Part shown: one piece after another, positions 60,195 to 64,000 of the stretch
Layout: each line of letters starts with the position of its first letter
Numbering within the stretch: position 1 is the first letter of the stretch
Assembly (NCBI RefSeq): GCF_001194135.2
Contig: NC_068995.1
Span: 42,990,024-43,054,023, forward strand
Direction of reading: 5' to 3'
Length of the DNA stretch: 64,000 bases
DNA from: Octopus bimaculoides
Taxonomy: Eukaryota
Translations under genes and position numbers: made by a program
Notes under the pieces: generated by a model
Database searches by the model: none
The model's input: only the letters and a program-made list of their open reading frames with translations
What the model was told of the DNA's origin: nothing

Positions 60195-60560
60195 GATTCG
60201 AAGTTCAGCCTTATTGCGAAGCACTTTGGACAAGTGTCTTCTACTCATAGTTTTAGGCCGACCAAAGCCTTGTGAGTCGAATTGGTAGACAGAAACTGAA
60301 AGTAGCCCATCGTTTTTATGTATATGTGTGTGTTTGTGTGTGTCTGTTTGTGTCTGTGCCTGTCCCCCTATCACCGCTTGGCAACCGGTGTTGGTGTGTT
60401 TACGTCCCCGTAACCTAGGGGTCCGTCAAAAGTTACCGATAGTATAAACTATGTACTGGGGTCGAATCATTCGACTGAAACAAATTGTCCAAAGCGGTGC
60501 TGCAGCAAGGCAACAGTCTAATGAATGAAACAAGTAAAGGATAAACGAAAGATAAAGGAT
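60195..60560 (+). mobile_element. SINE family C copy with internal TG microsatellite
   Basis: gcactttggacaagtgtcttctact...gaaactgaaagtagcccatcg-(tg)n-gtccccctatcaccgcttggcaaccgg...gaaacaagtaaaggataaa. Confidence 0.85.
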
Positions 60561-60949
60561 AATGATTCCAATTAGAATATACTTCCTAAATCTAACGTAG
60601 AATGATTCAGTAACCGCGAATACAGAGAGTTGCTGCTCATGTTCGGTTACAAAACTATATTCTTATAGGCGCTGTAGAACTACAGATATATTTAGATATG
60701 AATAATGAAAAACTGATAGAAATATCACAAACACAGTAATTAGATAAAACGGAGTTTCCCCTTTCCAGTGATCCCCCAACTAGATTCATGCCCTGAAATA
60801 TTATTGTATTGATGTGAGTTTTGGTAGTTAAAATGATCCCCTCATAGTTTTGGCTGTTAACATGGTTTTGCTCGCAGTAGATATTTTATGCTTTCGTTTT
60901 TGCCGGCTCTTTTTTTTTACGTTTTAGCCTACTAAATCCTCAAAGCAAA

Positions 60950-62330
60950 TGAAGGACAAAGTTATCTCCCTGTAATTTCCAGGTATTCATTATTTGTAAT
61001 ATGAGGAGTATTCGTTCACTTAATACGGAGTCCCACAGTTATGCAGGTGTTGTTTTTCTTGTGTTTCACAGCACTTGCTTTAGGCATTGCATTCATTTAT
61101 ATTTTCTTCTAGCTTTTAAGATCTTCTTAGATTGGAGTCGAACGTTTTCGTTTTATTTAAAGATTATTCGTTGTTTTATATAACAATGCTTCTTTGCGAT
61201 CTGGCTAGGATCTTCTAATTTTTTTTTTAAACATTCGTCTGAGTTTGAATAATTTGTTATTTGTTGTCAACTTTTGTGTATTTTCTCTCATCATATTGAT
61301 CTTTTCCCTGTTTAGGATTGAAGAAATTCTCTTTAAATTTGTATATTTTTTATATTTGTTTACCCATTTGCTTTATATTTTTGAATGTTTTAGTAGTTTT
61401 ATAAGAGCAGATTGTAGGCGGAATCCACATTCCTTTGTAACTAATGTGATTTCTGCGCATAGTATTCTGTTCAGCTTCGTCATCTGCTGTTTGCATTTGA
61501 TTTCATTAAATCTACGATGACGAGATTTGAAATATTTAGTATTGTTTCCTATATCATTGCTTAATTTTTATCCTTAAGAGGTACGTGTTTTGTGTTCCCT
61601 AGAAAGATCTGAGAATATTAATATTTAGATAATTGTATCTTTAGATTTATACTCAGAATTTCCAAGTTTAGAATCGTCAATTCTTATTTTATTTCCCCTA
61701 TTCTCTTGCGATATTTTATTCAAATAAATTTTATTTTTCAGTGAATTTATATTTATTGCGTGATTTCACTTCACTACCGAGTGTTTGCTGGTTTTGAGTT
61801 ATACATCGCATTGTATTAAGAAACACATTGTTATGTATGTACAGTGTATATTTTATAATAAAACTATTTTCTCTATATTATGCATATGTGTAATTCCCGA
61901 GGTTTGGGTTACGTATTTAAGTGCATGTATTTTAATCATTCCCAAGATGTTTGTTTTTATGGAGGCTGTTTCTATTTTCAGTACACATTTTCTCTTTATC
62001 TTTATTTTCAGATCCTTATATTAGGATAACTTCTCCATTTCTTTTAGCGATACATTACTGCTAATGGATTATTCCATTAGGAAGTATTTCGTTTCTTGTT
62101 GGTCTCGGACATCAATATCTCCCAGAATTATCTCGATGCATCTGCCCTTACACATATTCCAGTGTATGATCTATATTTTATTCCCTAAGATCCATTTTTC
62201 ATGTATGATTTTTATCATCACTTCGTTTGTGATGTTTCATTACATAATCTTTTCCTGTGTTGCTAGTATTTTCATACCTGCTCGTGTGCATTCGAATGAG
62301 TAAAACTGGGCTGCACGAAATATATCATCT
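60950..62330 (-). pseudogene. Possible ancient 5' (pre-RT) half of a Dong-like ORF
   Basis: Scattered matches by eye: KRLCNET, IHEKWIL, KLRRMF, KQRIIFK*NEN, LWDSVLSE..NTW. Many stops. Confidence 0.35.
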
Positions 62331-64000
62331 TCATCTTTTCTCTTACTTAACATACCCAGCTGCATTACATGTTTTAATGATTTACGACGCAAAATTTGTA
62401 ATCCTGTGCCTCAGTCAAGAAACATTTCAGTCTCAGCTTTGAATCACGTGGTTCTCAGACACTGCTGCGTTTCTTATTGCCCATTTCGACACAGTTGAAG
62501 TTTTCAGGTATATCCCATGTATTGGCTTTTCTTGTCATTACTTATGTAAGAGATTCTGTTGCCTAAAGTTAGCTTACATTATATATTTCACAATTTCAAC
62601 TGAAGACATTCTATTTAATAGTTTGCTGTTTGGTAATCTAACCACTTTGTTTATACTTATTGTCGCCCTTCAAAATAGGAAACAGTTTATATTCTCTAGT
62701 AATATATTTTGTATTATAATTTGGATGGAGTTGCATAATATCCCTAACTCACTTTCTTCATGGTAATTATGTTATTTCAATGTTAGATTTTGGTCAGTGA
62801 GTTATTGCTGTATTCATTTTTCTTATTTATCAGTCTCGTATTGCTAATTAATTTAACTCTCCGACGAGTATATTAATATAGTTTCACTTAAAAATCTAGA
62901 GTATTGATGCATCTAATCATCATTTTTGCATTTAATTCAGTTTTCGGTATTAATGTAATATTTCTACAATTTCCTCTTCTAAAATTTCCCCCAATTGCTG
63001 TGTGTATTACTATGTCAACATAACTGATTCCGTTTTTGTAAGTCTGTTTTATCTAAATCACTGTCTATTTACGTCGAAATAAAATCTATATTCGTAGATA
63101 TATTTTCTTTCTTTAGGGTCATTTTGACACAATTTTGACACGAAATTTCTAATGTATGTTACATATAAATTTTTCTGGTTATAATGTGGCAGTTCTCGCA
63201 GCGTAAAACCTCATGACTACAATGATCTCCCCACAATAAAAAAAAAGACTGTCAAGAACCAATATCAGCAACATTTATATGAGCATCATTAATACAAATA
63301 GTTCGAACCGAAATCACGGACAAAACATAGAAATAAAAACAACAGCAGCAACTATGACATAATAACTTATAGTAATTTTGGCAAGTTATTTCTATCAATA
63401 AAGCTACTTTTAAATGTAACATCAATCATGAAGTTTAAATCTGGAATTCCATTAAAGTAGAAAATATCGTATGTCACCGGGGGAAAAGAATTACATAAAA
63501 AAAAAGCAACGAATTAATGTCCTATTCAAATTTCTTTTTAATGTAAAACAGCAAATAGCATATCAAACATTTTGATTTCTGGTTCACGCAGTAATTGTTT
63601 AGCGTTGTGATGACTTTAGACACAAGAGGGTAAAACATGTAAAGGAATCAGCTTGTCCATTAGAAATATTAAAAAAAAGGCTGTTAAAGAAACGAGAGAA
63701 ATAGATTGAAATAGCAAAACATTTTAAAATCTAGAAAGAATTTGGAGTAATCGACAAATAAAATGATACTGTGAAAGAAAATTACGAACAAAAAAGACAC
63801 TGAAAAAGACGGACCGACAGTAAGAGAATGCACAGACGAAAAATACATGTAAATATGAATATNNNNNNNNNNNNNNNNNNNNNNNNNNNNNNNNNNNNNN
63901 NNNNNNNNNNNNNNNNNNNNNNNNNNNNNNNNNNNNNNGTGGGTGGGAAGCTAGGTCGAGAAATGCAGGGAGTGAGAACAAAGTGATGATATAAAAAGAA

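Overview
AT-rich, microsatellite-dense eukaryotic scaffold with 14 N-gaps. The SINE families and repeat landscape resemble a coleoid cephalopod, probably Octopus; this is recognition from memory, not a database match. I can support no host protein-coding gene, tRNA/rRNA gene or CRISPR array, and nearly all listed ORFs are microsatellite or N-gap artefacts. The window is a layered collection of transposable elements: four tRNA-headed SINE families (my labels A, B, C, E), many R4/Dong-like restriction-like-endonuclease (RLE) LINE relics often beside (TAA)n, RTE relics, two Penelope-like (PLE) lineages, hammerhead-ribozyme-like motifs, several clean inverted repeats, and at least five Tc1/mariner derivatives. 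The best lead is 41832-45125 on the minus strand. One SINE-A copy is bounded by a 20-21 bp target-site duplication (TSD) and is split between its A and B boxes at (GG)TATTTCGTCT by two tandem inserts. The first appears to encode only an ORF1/gag-like protein and ends in the same stem-loop+AATAAA tail as the SINE. This suggests a LINE system that both mobilises the SINE and uses it as a sequence-specific landing pad. Two N-gaps inside this unit limit certainty.
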